NCBI GenBank assembly: GCA_013265495.1
Contig: MU058540.1
Coordinates: forward strand, 2,381,696-2,445,695
Length of the DNA stretch: 64,000 nucleotides
Direction: 5' to 3'
Source of the DNA: Vicugna vicugna
Taxonomy: Eukaryota
The notes beneath the pieces were generated by a model. It had not been told where the DNA came from. It searched no databases and was given only the letters and a program-made list of their open reading frames with translations. Shown in pieces: positions 1 to 14,075 of the stretch (its first letter is position 1; every line of letters begins with the position of its first letter). Both the position numbers and the translations under genes were made by a program.

Positions 1-1849
1 CCTTTTGGAAAATGTTTCATTGTTTATTTTTTATGGTATGTATCACTAAGAGAAAAGTAGTGCTTGTCCAGGACCATGGTTATTTCAGTGTTTTCCAAAG
101 TCATCTTAGAATTTACTCAAGAGATCAAAGATCTTCAGCTACAATTGCAGGGTTTGCGAATTTAAATACCTTTAGGGCCAGACAAATGACATAAACTAGG
201 CTCGGTGTGATACAGTAGAATACCTGCACTTCCTTAAAGTATTCAAATTCACATTGAAACAAAATAAGCAAACAAACAAAAACCCACTAGTTCTGGCCAA
301 ATCAAATGAGCTGAAGACTAGTGTCAGTCCATAGGCTGCCAGGTTTGGAGCAGACCGTAATTTTGAGCAGGAATTTTCTGTGCTAATGAACAAAATCCCT
401 AATTGCTTTTCATATTTATAGTTGGCTTTTAACGTTATGTGTATTTGTGCCTTTGTGCTTCTGTTAGCACTTTTCATTTATCATACAATTTAAGTTTTTA
501 CTGAACTTTACAGTTCTCGATTAATAGGCATCCTGCATACTTCATTGTAAGACTATACTTTTGAAAAAGGAACAAAAAAGAGGTGGTGAGTTTTGATCAT
601 TAGGAACAGTGTGCAGTTACTGAGTCTACCTTCTCCTTCTAGCTTGCAAGCTCTATTAGAGCAGGGAGTTTGTTTTCTTCCTTGTTGGGTCCTTAGTAGT
701 TAGAAATTTTCAGAAGTCAAGAGAGATGAACTGAATCACATAATACCACATAGAAAATTGCCCACATCTTGGTTCTTTTTTGGCTTTATTTCTAATCACA
801 TTTTTCTTGATCCAGAGCTATGACTATTACTTGAAAGTTTACTAACCCTTTTTATTGGGTAAATACTGATAGGTTCTACATAAGATATCAAAACTAAAGG
901 CCCTCAGTTGCATATGGTCTTATTAATGAGATGAAACATAAATGCTTACCTAAAACAACTTAAAGGACTGAGTCAAATTTGCAATGTCAAAGCAATACAC
1001 AGGGTATTAAGTGATCTCAGAATGTGAGAGCTTAGTGGAGGAAAGCGTCTAAGGGAAAAACAGATAAATAAAGGTGAGGTGTAGAGATTGAAATGTATTT
1101 CAGACAATCAAAGAAATGAAGGAAATATGTAAAGTATACAGAGAAAGAGATTTGTGTGGAATGAAAAATATTAAAGGAGTAGATAACCCTTGATTTTTCT
1201 TTTGTGCTTGGATAAAATTTGTTAGTAAGTTATGATTTGGGGGGCGAGGGTGGAGGAAAGTTGTTTTCTTAATTTAGCTAAGAGACATTATCTGCTTGGA
1301 AATAATGCTTTCCTCCATCACTGAAAGAAGTTCCCAGCTCATTTGTATGGACTTACAGAAACACTAATTCTTTGGAAATAGATTGAGTGTTCAAAATACA
1401 TAATACAGGAAGAGAAGCAGTCTAGCTGAAAGATGTATGAGTTAACTATTAACAGTTATAATTTTCGATTTATTTCCTTATTAGAGAGGTCTGATGAAAT
1501 GAGGATAGGGACTTGTTAAAGCTTGTAGATGCTGTCACTGACTCATATTCAGAATCTAAACAAATTACACATCCTTTAAGAAAATACCATTCAGTTTTTG
1601 TCTGATGTGATCAATCAGATGCCTCCCTTTTCTCAGGTTAATTGATGTAAAAAGACAAAGAAGCTTCAGGGACTCTTTCCAGTTTGAGTTCCTCAAGAAA
1701 TCTTTCCTTGATTAACTCCTTCCCAAGTCTGGGTTGGAACCCTTGCCTTATGTTCTCTGGCACCTTGATGTTCCCTTTTATAACTCTAATTTCAATAAGG
1801 TATATCCCTGCCTGGTCTTACTGGTAATACTATATGAGTTGTTCTGGGT

Positions 1850-2520
1850 CATTCAATTCAGTGGTAATTGAATGCCCACTATCTGCCAGACAATGTTCTG
1901 GGTACTTTAGATACTACAGAGAGAAAAAGAACCCTGTTTTCCTGAACATTGTACAGATAGATAGCAATAAACAATAAGCATATAAAAAAGGAAATTAGAT
2001 AGTATGTTAGCAGGCAATAATGCTATGGACAAGAAGAAAAAGTAGAGCAGTGAAGGGGAGTTGGGAGTGTGGAGGCAGGGGGAGAGATGCAATTTTAAAC
2101 AGAGTGGTTAAGGATAGGCCTCATTGAGAAGGTGAATTTTAAGCAAAAATTTGAAGGAGTAGAAGAGTTAGACTTGTGGATATCTGGGGGAAGAGCATTC
2201 CAGCCAGAAGGAACAGCCAGTGCAAAGGTCCTGAGGCAGAAGACTGCATGCTGTATTGGAACTGCAGCAAGCAGATGTGTGGCTGGAGTAAGGAGGCCAG
2301 TATGGAGCTAAGTGAAAGCAGGGAAGAAAAAAATGGATGATGAAATGGGAGAAATAATTGGACACAGGATACTGGATTATGTAGGGCTTTATCTGCCACT
2401 AAAGGGTTTTTTTTTCTTTAAGACAAATGAGAAGTCTTCATTGTCAAAGACAAGGAGTGACATGATCTGTTTTTCATTTTTAAAGAATCACTCTGTCTGC
2501 TGTTTTCAGAATAGGCTATA
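1850..2520 (-). mobile_element. L2 LINE 3' remnant
   Basis: Reverse-complement L2 3' end (cattcaattca...tgccagacaatgttctggg) followed by typical purine-rich L2 body. Confidence 0.7.
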
Positions 2521-4284
2521 GTGAGTCCCAAGGATCACTGGATGTATTCCAGAAACGTGTGGTTATAAATTGTCAATCCCTGTGATTTTTTAAAATACTT
2601 TGTTTAAATACGGAAATTTTTTTGCCTTTTTTTGATAATTACTTTATCAAATAGGACTGACAGTAGTAGAGATGCCAAACTGTAGATATAGAAGAGATTT
2701 TTTTTCTCTCTATAGGTACTTTCTGATTGTATTATGCTTGAAAAAAAAATCGGTATAGTAGGTAGGAGTCTTGACAATTGGGTGTTATCCAAGAAATGCT
2801 TAATAAATGAGGCTCTACATTGGGCACCGTGTAGAGTACTGAAAACCACTTACTGCCTTTTTGCTGTACATTTATATAACTGCCGTTTTACTTATAGAAG
2901 TCACTTTGAGTAATGATGATTTATGCCCTTTACAGTTTGATTAAATTTAAAGGAGACCATCTTCACAAGAAGAGTGAAAACCAGAATTTATATCCTCAGG
3001 CTATGGAATCATCTTTTCAGCCTTTAGCCTAATAAAGTCCTACTTACTTAACTCCTTTTTAAAGAAGGAGGAACTGGGTAGCTTTCTAGCTGTTCTCAGA
3101 TTTAATTATTTGAAGTGTTAAGAATACAATTATAGGCATGTCTTTACTAAAATGTAATTAAATTTGCTTTCCAGAGACTAATACTGTAGAAATTACATGG
3201 GTATCTATTAATGCTCCTTTTGGGACTGGCTTATTTAAAATGTGCCCATGTACATTTTCCTCTAACTCCTTTGTTCAGTACTTTTAAAAGTTACATATCT
3301 TCCATAAGCATTCAGTAACTTTGCACAATACTTGCTTTTGTCTGCTGTTGCGAGATTTATTTAGAAAATCTTTCTTTATGTGTTGAGTGACAATTAGTTA
3401 TCGTGGATTGGTCTTTGGGCTGCATGGAAACAACATACAGTGATTAGGTTAGTTCTGCCATGAATAATGTGGTGCAGTTGACTTAACTGGGGCCTAGCAG
3501 CAATGCTCGATAGTTACTACTGTATAGACTGATTGATCTTATGTACTTACATAATGTCTTACCAGTCTCTCTCCGTGTCTGGAAATTTTAGTGATAAAAT
3601 GGTTGTGGTCTCTGGTGGGGAGGGGATTTGAAGGGGATTGCACATTGTGGAGAATTCTAACTAAAAGTATGCTTACTCTCGGGCCGTGCAGTCAGTAGTC
3701 TTCTGGCAGTGTAGGATTTCCTAAGTTTCTGGTAACCATTTAAACGCAATACTAGTCTTGAAATTCATATGTTTGCCTTGGTAATACTATTAACAGCTTT
3801 GTGAACTAGCACAGACATTAGAGGGTTAAGATTTTTAGGTTTTCTTTCAAAGACAAATCAAGATAGGTTCTAGGTAGAATCATCCAGAACAATTTTTCCT
3901 TTGTTTACCTTTTCTCCTTAAAAATATTTTTGAAATTTGAGAGAATAATCCTTTTACTATTCAGTGTTGTAAAATGTAATTATTTCCAAAGCAGTCTTAA
4001 AAGACAGAAGTTGGATTCTTTCTTCATCTTCATCAAGCCCGATCCTTGCAAATTGTCATAATTGGTATAATGGATATGGCGACCATTATCCCAGATTTTC
4101 TGGGGGAAGTCCTCATTTCACAGTATCAACCAGTTATTCACAACATTCTCATATTTGTCAGATTATGTATCAGTTTGGGGTTAAAAAAAATACAGTGACT
4201 GTGATTAGGATGGAATATTGCAACATTTATAAAATTAAAAAAAATCAGTTCTCTTGATTTAAATTCTGTGTCAGCTGGAAGAAT

Positions 4285-4515
4285 TTGGAGGCAGTATAGG
4301 CTGTGATTTAAGATCATGGTCTCTGAGATCAAACAGTTTTGGATTCAACCCCTGACATTATCACTGTTTTAACCTTGAGCAGGTTACATATCCTTTTTCT
4401 GTGTTTCCCCATCAATGAAATGGGAATACTAATGGGACTTATGTTATAGACTTGTTGGGAAGAGTATATTGTGAGACACGGGCATAGGAGACAGTGCATG
4501 GCACTGAATAAGCAC
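4285..4515 (+). mobile_element. MIR SINE
   Basis: MIR core-like ccttgagcaggttaca...gtttccccatcaatgaaatgggaata. Confidence 0.6.
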
Positions 4516-5779
4516 TAATGCCTCTGGTTATGCTATGTTGAGCTTGGAAAAATCTCTTAAATCAGAACAACTCTTATGAAAACATTTCAACAAGTACAGT
4601 ATACCCTCTAAATGACATTTAGAGCTTACCCTTTCCTCAAGGCAGTATAAACATGCAAGTTTTAAAAATAGGAAGTGCTAAAATCTCATTTATGGTTACA
4701 TCTAGGCTAAGTCCTATTGACATTCGTGAAATTGAGAACTGACCATAGCAGCCAAAAAGGAAAATTAGGAAACAGAAACAAATTTTAATTCTTCTTTGAG
4801 GAAAGAAAGTAATAAATATAGTGATGTGTATGTATAAAGAGAGGTCATACACATATATACTAGTTATTTAAATTTACTGGCTTGGTTTCTTTCCCTCCAA
4901 ATTTATAAAAAAATAGAAATGAAGTGAAATCAGCATTTTTTATAGCTGAGCTGATATGTGTTATTCAGGCTCAGGAGTGGGTAATGATTCTTACAGCAGA
5001 TAAAACCTAACCTAATTTTTAAAACTGCTCCCTCTTTAGTACTGATTGTGGTTTCTATGTTCCCATAGCCATGTAATACAGTAATGAGTGGGTAAGGCAT
5101 TGCATCTAGAATATCCATGGTGAACCTGTTGGACTTGAATGCAATCATTCCCTAATCTTACGATGTAAGGACAGGATAAGTAACCAGCACCACACCTGTG
5201 AGGAGAAGTTCTAGAATGCCTCATCATGCTTACAGATAAAATATGTTCCTCCTTCCTTTAAAGCAAATGCAGGAATATTGTCAGTGAACAGTATCCTTTT
5301 ACCAGTCATTTCTGAAAAGAGAGTTATAATTTGAAAATTTAAAGATACTCCTATTGTAGAACCTACAACTTGGAGGGTATAAAATGAGGTGAAATTATAT
5401 TAGTGGATTTAAAAATATGGCCATGCATTTAGTTATACTATATACTTCTCATGCAATAACAATATTTTTTAGAAAACTGATACGAACACATATATCAGTC
5501 TAATCTCCATCTTTGCTTTTTTTTCTTTTCTCTAGAGAATCTAAGAAAAGACATCAAGTAGGAACAAGTATAAACATTTTTAGAAAAATAGATGGCAAAT
5601 GCTAAAGTTGTAATAGTGATTGTATGAGGGCCCCCCCCCCCATGAGTAGTTATTAAGCTTTTAGCTGTCACTTTGGTACTTACTGAGTGGCCTTTTCTTA
5701 AACACTTTTAAAAGTCTTACGAAGATCAGAGCTTTCTCAGGGGTTCTGGATTATTTTGTAACTCTCCATTAATTTCTAG

Positions 5780-5891
5780 GTATCTGGTGACCCATCTCAT
5801 GGGGGCAGATCTGAACAACATTGTGAAATGTCAGAAGCTTACGGATGACCACGTTCAGTTCCTCATCTACCAAATTCTCCGAGGTCTCAAG
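5780..5891 (+). CDS. MAPK14: p38-alpha MAP kinase, coding exon 4 (gene 5' part is outside the window)
   Basis: ttctag|G...AAG|gtacag, 112 bp; (V)[37 protein letters not shown] with the Thr gatekeeper. Confidence 0.97.
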
Positions 5892-6640
5892 GTACAGACA
5901 GTATTAGTAATAATTTCGAGGAATAAATTCCCTCTCTCTCCCCATCTTTCCCTTCAGATTTAGGGCTTAAGGAAAAACAAAACAAAACTTTTCGTATGGA
6001 AAATTTCAAGTACTCACAAAACCACAAGTATAATCATAGTATAATGAACCCCTGTGTTTACTCAGCAACCACATTTACCAATACATGGCTAATCATGTTT
6101 CTTTTGTATTCCTCCAAACCCTAGATTATTTAAGGCAAGTCTAGACATCATTATCATTCTACCCATTGATACCTGTGTATGCATATCTGAGAGTTAAGGA
6201 CTCTTCATTGTTACGTCTACACAATAATAATTTCTTGATATAGTCTCATATCTAGTTATTGTCATGTTGAAACTTTAAAAACATCCTCAAGGAGGCTAAT
6301 TTATTTGTGGCAGGGGCAAATAAATAGTGTTTTATAATTAAACCACCTTTGATATTTTGCAGCTTTGAGTCCTTATTGGTGCTCCAGAGCATCAACCAGA
6401 AAATAGGTTGAAAGCTCTATTTCACTAACACTCCAGCTCTATGAATAGAGTTGATGATATGGAAATCATAGTTATGATAAATGTACAGACTACTGATGAT
6501 CACTTGTTATGATTTCTAATCCCACTGTTAATACTAGCATTTCTTAGTGATGCATGAAAATGTACTTCAGATATGTCATATAATATGACAATAGGAGGTT
6601 GGAGATAACTTTGTTTAACTGACTTTTTTCTCTTTCACAG

Positions 6641-6670
6641 TATATACATTCAGCTGACATAATTCACAGG
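6641..6670 (+). CDS. MAPK14: p38-alpha exon 5
   Basis: tcacag|...|gtatgt, 30 bp; YIHSADIIHR. Confidence 0.97.
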
Positions 6671-7002
6671 GTATGTTTTGTGTTTCTATTGAATTATTTT
6701 GGGGAGGGTGAAGGTGGGGAGACTGGCATTTAGCCAAGATCCTAATCTAAGCTAATTTTAGCCATTGAAATATTGATTGATTGCAGCTTTGCTCTAGGTT
6801 TAAACCAGTTAAAGAAAGATGATGTATAGTTTTTACCTATTTAAGGTTAATTAGGACTAGACAGTGACTGTAGGTTGGAGATTGTCTGTTTATAGCTGGA
6901 TGAAGTCTTACTTTGATGTTTGGATCTTCATCATTACCTTTAGGGGGAGGATTTACCAGGCACCATAAAGCTGATCCTATTCTCTCTGTACTTGCTTCCT
7001 AG

Positions 7003-7050
7003 GACCTAAAACCTAGTAATCTAGCTGTGAATGAAGACTGTGAGCTGAAG
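7003..7050 (+). CDS. MAPK14: p38-alpha exon 6
   Basis: tcctag|...|gtagga, 48 bp; DLKPSNLAVNEDCELK (catalytic loop). Confidence 0.97.
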
Positions 7051-7489
7051 GTAGGATGAAATGACAGTGGTAATTGTTTGTTTCACCATGTAATTATGTG
7101 TTTGACTAACCAGGCAAATTTATATAGGGAATGGGTTTATAAAGCCATGACTTTTTTATCTAAAAATTCATGTTGTCCTTAGGAATATCATCAGACTTTG
7201 AAATTTAAACCATAGATTTAGCAAGCTTTAGTTTGACATTGAAGGTAGCATCAGGGGTCTTGTTTTCATTCTGAAAGTTAAGTTAAAAATTTAATATGTT
7301 AGTCATAATAAAGGAAAATTACAGTATAAATATCAAGCAATCCTCTTCAAGAGATAATCACTAGTTTAAATTAATTTCTAGGAGAAAAAAAGGGCAGAAA
7401 CCCACTCATTCAGAATAATTCAAATAAGAGATAATTGTCTATAAAAGAGCAAGCAGCTCTGCAACTTTCTCTTTGTTTCATTTCATTTT

Positions 7490-8100
7490 TTTACTCAACT
7501 TTTTGGAAACATAATTTAAGGAAGTCCTATGAACTTCCCTCTTAGGACTACTTTTGCTGCATCCTATAGAATTTGTGTGGCTGTGTTTGGAAACATAATT
7601 TACATATAATAAAATGCATCATTTTAAGTGTACATTTGACAAATTTATATATCTATGTAACCACCAATACAATTATGATAAAAAACATTTCCCTTACTCT
7701 GTAAAGTTCCCTTGTGCCCCTTCCTAGCCAGTCCTTATCCTTCTAGCCCTAACCCTGGCTTTAGACAACCACTGATCTGCTTTCTGACACTTTAGAGTAG
7801 ATTTATCTTTTCTGGCGTTTCATATAAATAGACTCATACAGTATTTTTGTATGTATATCTGACTTTGCTTAATATAATATTGAGTTCCATTTGTATTATA
7901 TGTATCAATAGTTCACTCCGTTTTATTGCTGAGTAGATCTACTTTATGACTATACCACAGTTTATTTATCCATCTATCTGTTGATAGACATGTGCTTCAA
8001 TTCCAGTTTGGGGCTAGATAAAGCTGCTCTGAGCATTCATGTGCAGGCCTTTGTGTGGAACACGTATTTTCATTGCTCTTGGGTTACTGTCTAGCAGTGG
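7490..8100 (-). mobile_element. Old L1 (L1M-type) 3' fragment, interrupted by a small insertion at 7519-7585
   Basis: Antisense L1 3' motifs (caaccactgatctgctttct, ttttattgctgagtag, tccagtttggggct). Confidence 0.75.
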
Positions 8101-8303
8101 CACTTTTGTTTTCCTTTCTGTAATTTTATTTTTTAAAGTTCTCGCTGTGTTCAGTGTGCATTCTAAGCATGGACGAGGAAATATGTTTATGAAAGTGCTA
8201 TGTTGTTCTCTCGTTTTGTAAGACACTAGAGTTTTTTGTCTCCTGCTTTGTAAGTCTTAGGAGGTTGACTATTCCAGAGACTGATTTCTCTTCTCTCCCT
8301 TAG

Positions 8304-8450
<147 letters not shown>

Positions 8451-8961
8451 TAATACTATGTTGGGTGTATTTGGGATTCTCAGAAGTAGACATGGTAGGA
8501 ATGGGAAGAAACATTTTTTTCTTCCCTCAGTGATCCTTTTAAAGTCCACAAATGGGAAATATGTCAGTTGCTCAGATGGAGAAATGGGGTTTCTGTGTAC
8601 AGGTTTCAGATTTTGTGATTTAGCAATTGGCTTTATACTTATTCATATTTTCAACATATTCTCCAAGTACTTTTACCTGAAGATATTGGGTTCGTGAGCC
8701 TAACCTCTCAATATTGCTTGGGAGAATCCACCATTTGTACTGATAAGAAACCTTTGCCCCTTTGTGAACAGCTTCTTTCTCTCACCATAACTATTCTGAC
8801 TTAGCCCACCTATGAAGCCCTTTAATGGGGTGAAGGTGTTAATAAGCTTATGTATTTCTATAAAAATGCATATGTTTGTTGAACTTCAGATGCCTTAAAT
8901 ATTAATTGAGTATTTCGCCCCTAGTTATAGTTTGATTTGTAGCCAAGTCTGATTATAGTGA

Positions 8962-9079
<118 letters not shown>

Positions 9080-10489
9080 AAAAAGTTTTGGATTCCCGTT
9101 TCTTGTCTGTATTTTAGTGTCCATGGAGGTATATTACTTTTACCTTTCTCTAGGAAGGCTTTCAGTTACTTGCTTTTAGAGTCCAGATATGCAATGTGAG
9201 ATCTGCCCTCTTGCTGAGTATCTTGCCTTGCCAAGAGAGAGGCTTCAGTTTACTTTTGTGAGTCGGAAAAATTCCTCGCAATCTGGAAAACCCTTTAAAT
9301 CTTTCATATGTCATCTTTTTTGCAGCAAATCCCTTATATTAACTTCCCACAGCCGTTCTGTGACCTGAATGTCTTCCTGAGAAGTTCTAGATCTCCATGA
9401 CTGATCTCAGTGAGCACAAGAAGCCCATTTATAAATCAAGGATATCTTGCTTTTATGTTCAGTTTACATATTAAAAAGGCTGTATTTAGACCTTGTAATG
9501 ATATACCTGCTGACTTGTTATGTTTGTTGTTTAACAACAAGTAATAAAAGCAAGAAGTGATAAGGTCACCCCGTCACGTGCCGTTTTTTTCCCCCTCAGC
9601 ACGACTTTATTTTTATCCCAGCTGGTAGCCAGACCTTAATTTACTTTCAGATTTATTGTCGAGTTCTTAGTTTTTTCATGGCCCTTTCCTGTCTGCTGCA
9701 TGCCTATTTCACATTTTAGTACTAATACCATCAAAATGTGGTTTGTTGTAACTCCCGTCAGTTCCACTTGGGGAAGATGTTTGGGCAAGAAATAGTTTTG
9801 AAATGTATGTCTATAATTAGATGTGAAGAGTTTTTTAAGTCATTTGACTAGCCCTCAGTGGGCTTGGTTAAGCTGTTAGAGATGCCACGAGTGCCTGTGT
9901 TCTATCATGGTCAGAGACCTGAAAGCTGTTTTAGCCCTTCACCTAAGCAAACTCACCGAGTTTATAAATCTGAATGTCAGTTTACTTACTTACAGTTGAG
10001 TGGTGACTGATTTTCATGTTGTCTATCCACATATTCTAACTATCTTCCACTAGAGAAAATGTACTTTCGTAATGAACTGAAAACCTCCTCCCTCAGGGAA
10101 AGCCATGTATTTCACTCTGAATATTCCCAGATTGATGTGGAGTACAGTCTCCTTATACTTAGCTCTCCTTATTCCTCCTCATCCCCAGATTCTAATTTTA
10201 ATGCCTAGTGTTTCTCCTTTGTCCTTTGCTTCCTTTACCTTATACCTGTTTCTTGGAAATTTGGCGTATGCATAACAGTCCAAGCTAAGAGAATTAGAGG
10301 AAATCTGTAATTTTCCTTTTTCTTTTCAGGTGCATACCTCAGAGTCCCATTCTTTAGTCTGTCCTCCTGGGCACACTGCTCTGATGCTATCCTCTGCTCC
10401 CCTGCCCCTGCGTCTTCTGTACCTCCATCTACCTTCAGTCAGTCATAGACATTCATACCCACATAGACACAGAGAGAGAGACAGACAGC

Positions 10490-10700
10490 AGAGCATACTG
10501 CTTCAGAGCACATGCTCTGGAATCAGACTTCCTGGGTTTAGATCCGACTTAGCTCTTTTACTCCCACCTGTGTGACTTTGAGCAAGTTGTCTAACTTCTG
10601 TCTCTGATTTCCTTAACTATAAAATACTATAACAGTACATACCTCACAAGGTGGTTATGAGAATTCAGTGAGATGATATCTTAGAACAGAGCCTGCCAGC
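10490..10700 (+). mobile_element. MIR SINE
   Basis: gctctggaatcagacttcctgggttt...tgtgactttgagcaagtt. Confidence 0.7.
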
Positions 10701-11309
10701 AAATGTTAACCATCATCCTCGTCAGTGATCTTTGGGAAGCTGTTTCTCCCTTCATCTTCCCACTTTATTGTCTACTTATGAATCAATAAAGGCTGGTTTT
10801 TGTTTTATTTAAACTTTGTAACAGGTAGTAAAGGATGAATCCCCTTGGCAGACTACTGGTAGAAAGGTTTCAAAGCAATTGTGTGTGCTCTCTGGTCCTG
10901 TCTCAAAGATAACTGCCTACAGATGATTTGGCCCTTTTAAAATGCCAACTCTCAGCCTCTAAGAGTTCTTCGCTTTTATGAGTACTTCTTTTCCTTCTAT
11001 GAGCTTTAGATAGAAAATAGCATTTAAACTTTTTACTGAGGGATTCTTTTTTTAATATATGAGAATTCATGTCAAACTTCTTATTTTAGTAATATACCAT
11101 TTCTTTTCTACTTGGCTCTTTTTCAGACAGATGTTCTCCTGGATCGGAAAACTCAAATTCCAAGGATTTGTATTTGTATTATACATAACCCTCTTCTTGT
11201 CAGTTGCCATCTGTGTGGATGTAGCTTTGATTGCCTGACAAGGGGAGAGGAAAGTGTTTTCTATACTTTTTCTTGCCTGAAGTGTACAAATGCTTATATT
11301 CTAGCATAT

Positions 11310-11480
11310 TGATTCTTAGCCCTCATTGTGCATCAGAATACTCTGGGGAACCTTTAAAAACTCCAAATGCCTGGGTACCACCCCAGAGACTCAGCCTCAG
11401 TTGGTTGTGTGTCAGAGCACAGGCTTTGATATATTCAAATCCTCCGCTGAGTCTAGTGTGCACCTGATGTTGAGTACAAC
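11310..11480. mobile_element. MER5-like hAT DNA transposon remnant
   Basis: tgcatcagaatactctggggaacctttaaaaa...atgcctggg...ccccagaga. Confidence 0.55.
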
Positions 11481-12099
11481 TAGAATCTAACCTGGTTGAC
11501 TTTTAGTTTTAACCTTTCAGGCTGATTCTGGAAAGGTCGTTAGCAATTTTTCCTCTTTTTTTTTTTTTAAGGTAGCAGTGAGATCAGAAAAATTAAGAAT
11601 CTAGAACTATCCACTGGGGGACCTAAAAAAAACATTAGAAAACATCTAATCGAGCTCCCTGTTTTTATAGATGAGGAAGGTAAGAACCCAGAAAAGATAG
11701 ATACAAGCCTGCTATCTGTGACCCAGGTCACATTTCTTTCCAATATCTGTATTGCCAATTCCTATTTCTGAAACTCCTTTTCTTAAAACCTCTGGAGTAT
11801 GTGCTGGCCCCACACAGTCTTCCTTTGTCCAGAAAGGCATGCAGCTACTGCTTATTTATGGTTAAAAATGCAGCTGCAGGCTCTATTTGAGTGAACAGTT
11901 TTCTCCCTTTTCTCCTGATTTATTATTCATCTTGCATTTGAAACTGGTGGTTTTAGCTTCAGATAAGAACTTTCTGTGGTCTGGCAAATGGTTTATGTAT
12001 GTACTGTCCAATATGGTGATTGGTAGCTACCAGCCACATATGGCTATTGAGCACTTAAAATGTGGCCTGTGGAACTTAGAAACTGAATTAAAAATATTT

Positions 12100-14075
12100 T
12101 TGTGGTAAAGTGTATTAACATAAAGTTTGCCATTTTAACTTTGTTTTTTCATTGTGGTTAAATAAACATAACATGAAATTTACCATTTTAACCTTTTTAA
12201 AGTATACAGTCCAGTGGCACTATTACATTCATAAAATTTTGCAACCACTATCAGAGTATATCCCAAACATTTTCATCACCCTAAACAGAAACTGTACCCA
12301 TTAAACAAAAACTCCTCATTCTTCCCTCCCACAGCCTCTGGTTATCTCTCTTCTACTTTCTGTCTCTATGAATTTGCTTATTCTTGTTAAGTAGGATAAC
12401 ACAATATTTGTGCTGTGTCTGGATTATTTCACTTAGCATGTTTTCAAGGTTCATCCATGTTGTAACATGTGTCAGAACTTCATTCCTTTTTGTGGCTGAA
12501 TACTATTCCACTGTATGGGAAAACCACATTTTGTTTATAGATTCTCCTGTTCGTAGATACTGGAAGTGTTGTCCCACCATTTGACTATTGTGAATAGCGC
12601 TACAGTGAACACTGGCCTACAAGTATCTTTTTTAACTTCTATTGGGTATATATTTAGAAGTGGAATTGTTGGATCATATTATTATCTTTAACTTTTTGAG
12701 AAGCAGTCACTGTTTTGTTTAGCAGTTTCTCAAATTTTACACGCCCACCAGTGATACTTGAGCAATTTCTTCACAGCTTCGGTAATACTTGTTCCTTTCT
12801 CTTCTCTCCTCTTCTCTTCTCTCTTCTTTTCTCTTCTTCCTCCTTCCTTCCTCTGTCCATACTTTACCCATCTTTTAATTGGTTGTCTTTTTGTTGCTGA
12901 GTTTTAGGTGTTCTTTATATATTCTGGTTATTAAGCCTTTATCAGATATATGATTTGCAGAATATCTTCTCCCAATCAGTGGGCTCTCTGTTTCCTTTTT
13001 TGTTAATGTCCTTTGATACACAAAAGTTTTAATTTTGATGAAGTTCTAGTTTATCTGTTTTTTTTTCTCTTGTTCATGTTTTTGGTGTCATTTCTAAGAA
13101 TGTATTACCAAATTTAAGGTCATGAAAATTTACTGTATTTTCTACTAAGAGTTTTATGGATGTATCATTTATACTTAAGTCTTTGATCCATTTTGAGTTA
13201 ATTTTTGTATGTGATATGAAATTAAGGGTCCAACTTAATGCTTTTGCATGTGGAAGTTAAGTTGTCCCAGCATCATTTATTGCAGAGACTGTCCTTTCCC
13301 CACTGAATGGATTTGGCGCTCCTGTCAAAGATCAGTTCTATCCCATTGGTCTATATAGCTATCCCTATAGCAGTACCACACTGCTTTGATTATTGTAGCT
13401 TTATTTTAAGTTTTGAAATCAAGAAGTGTAAGTTCTTCAACTTTGTTCTCATTTTCAAGATTTTTTTTTCTCTTTGGACTCCCTTGTAATTCCATATGAA
13501 TCTGAGGATGGGCTTTTCCATTTCTGCAAAGAAGGCTGTTGAAATTTTGATCAAGATTGCATTGAAGTTTTAGATTACTTTGGATAATATTGACATCTTA
13601 ACAATATTAAGACTTCCTATCCATGAATATGAGACGTCTTTCCATTTATTTAGGTCTCCTTTAATTTCTCTTAGCAGTATTTTATAATTTTAAATGGACA
13701 AATTTTTCACCTCCTTGGTTAAATAATATCCTAGGTATTTTCCTAACATCTTTAAGATGCTATTTTAAATGGAATTGCTTTCTTAATTTCCTTTTTGGTT
13801 TGTTCATTGTTAGTGTGTAGAAACACAACTGATTTTTTTTTGTTGACTTTATACCCTGCAACTTTGCTCAATTTGTTTATTAGCTCTAGTAGCTTTCTTG
13901 TGGATTCTTTGGTATTTTCTGTATGTAGGATCATGTCATCTGCAAATAGAGAAAGTCTTCCCAATTTAGATGCTTTTCTTTATTTTTTTTTTTCTTATCT
14001 AATTGCTCTGGTTAGAACTTCCAGTTCATTGTTGATTAGCAGTGGTGAAAGTGGGCAGCTTTGTCATGTGTTTAT
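12100..14075 (-). mobile_element. 5'-truncated L1 (~2 kb), apparently inserted into a MER3/MER33-like element
   Basis: Minus-strand ORF2 RT remnant RLSLFADDMILHTEN...LSKVAGYKVN (13752-13964); hAT-like halves at ~12000-12095 and ~14076-14165. Confidence 0.88.

Noticed and set aside
5291..5299. Perfect U12 donor GTATCCTTT in MAPK14 intron 3
   Set aside because: No recognisable upstream exon or matching U12 branch before exon 4; one chance 9-mer is plausible in 64 kb.
10608..10656. TTTCCTTAAC branch consensus, AG at 10635 and AAG|GTGGTT, defining a 15-nt micro-exon
   Set aside because: Lies inside a MIR core and has a weak donor. It shows such motifs arise by chance, which also tempers the two candidate-exon findings.
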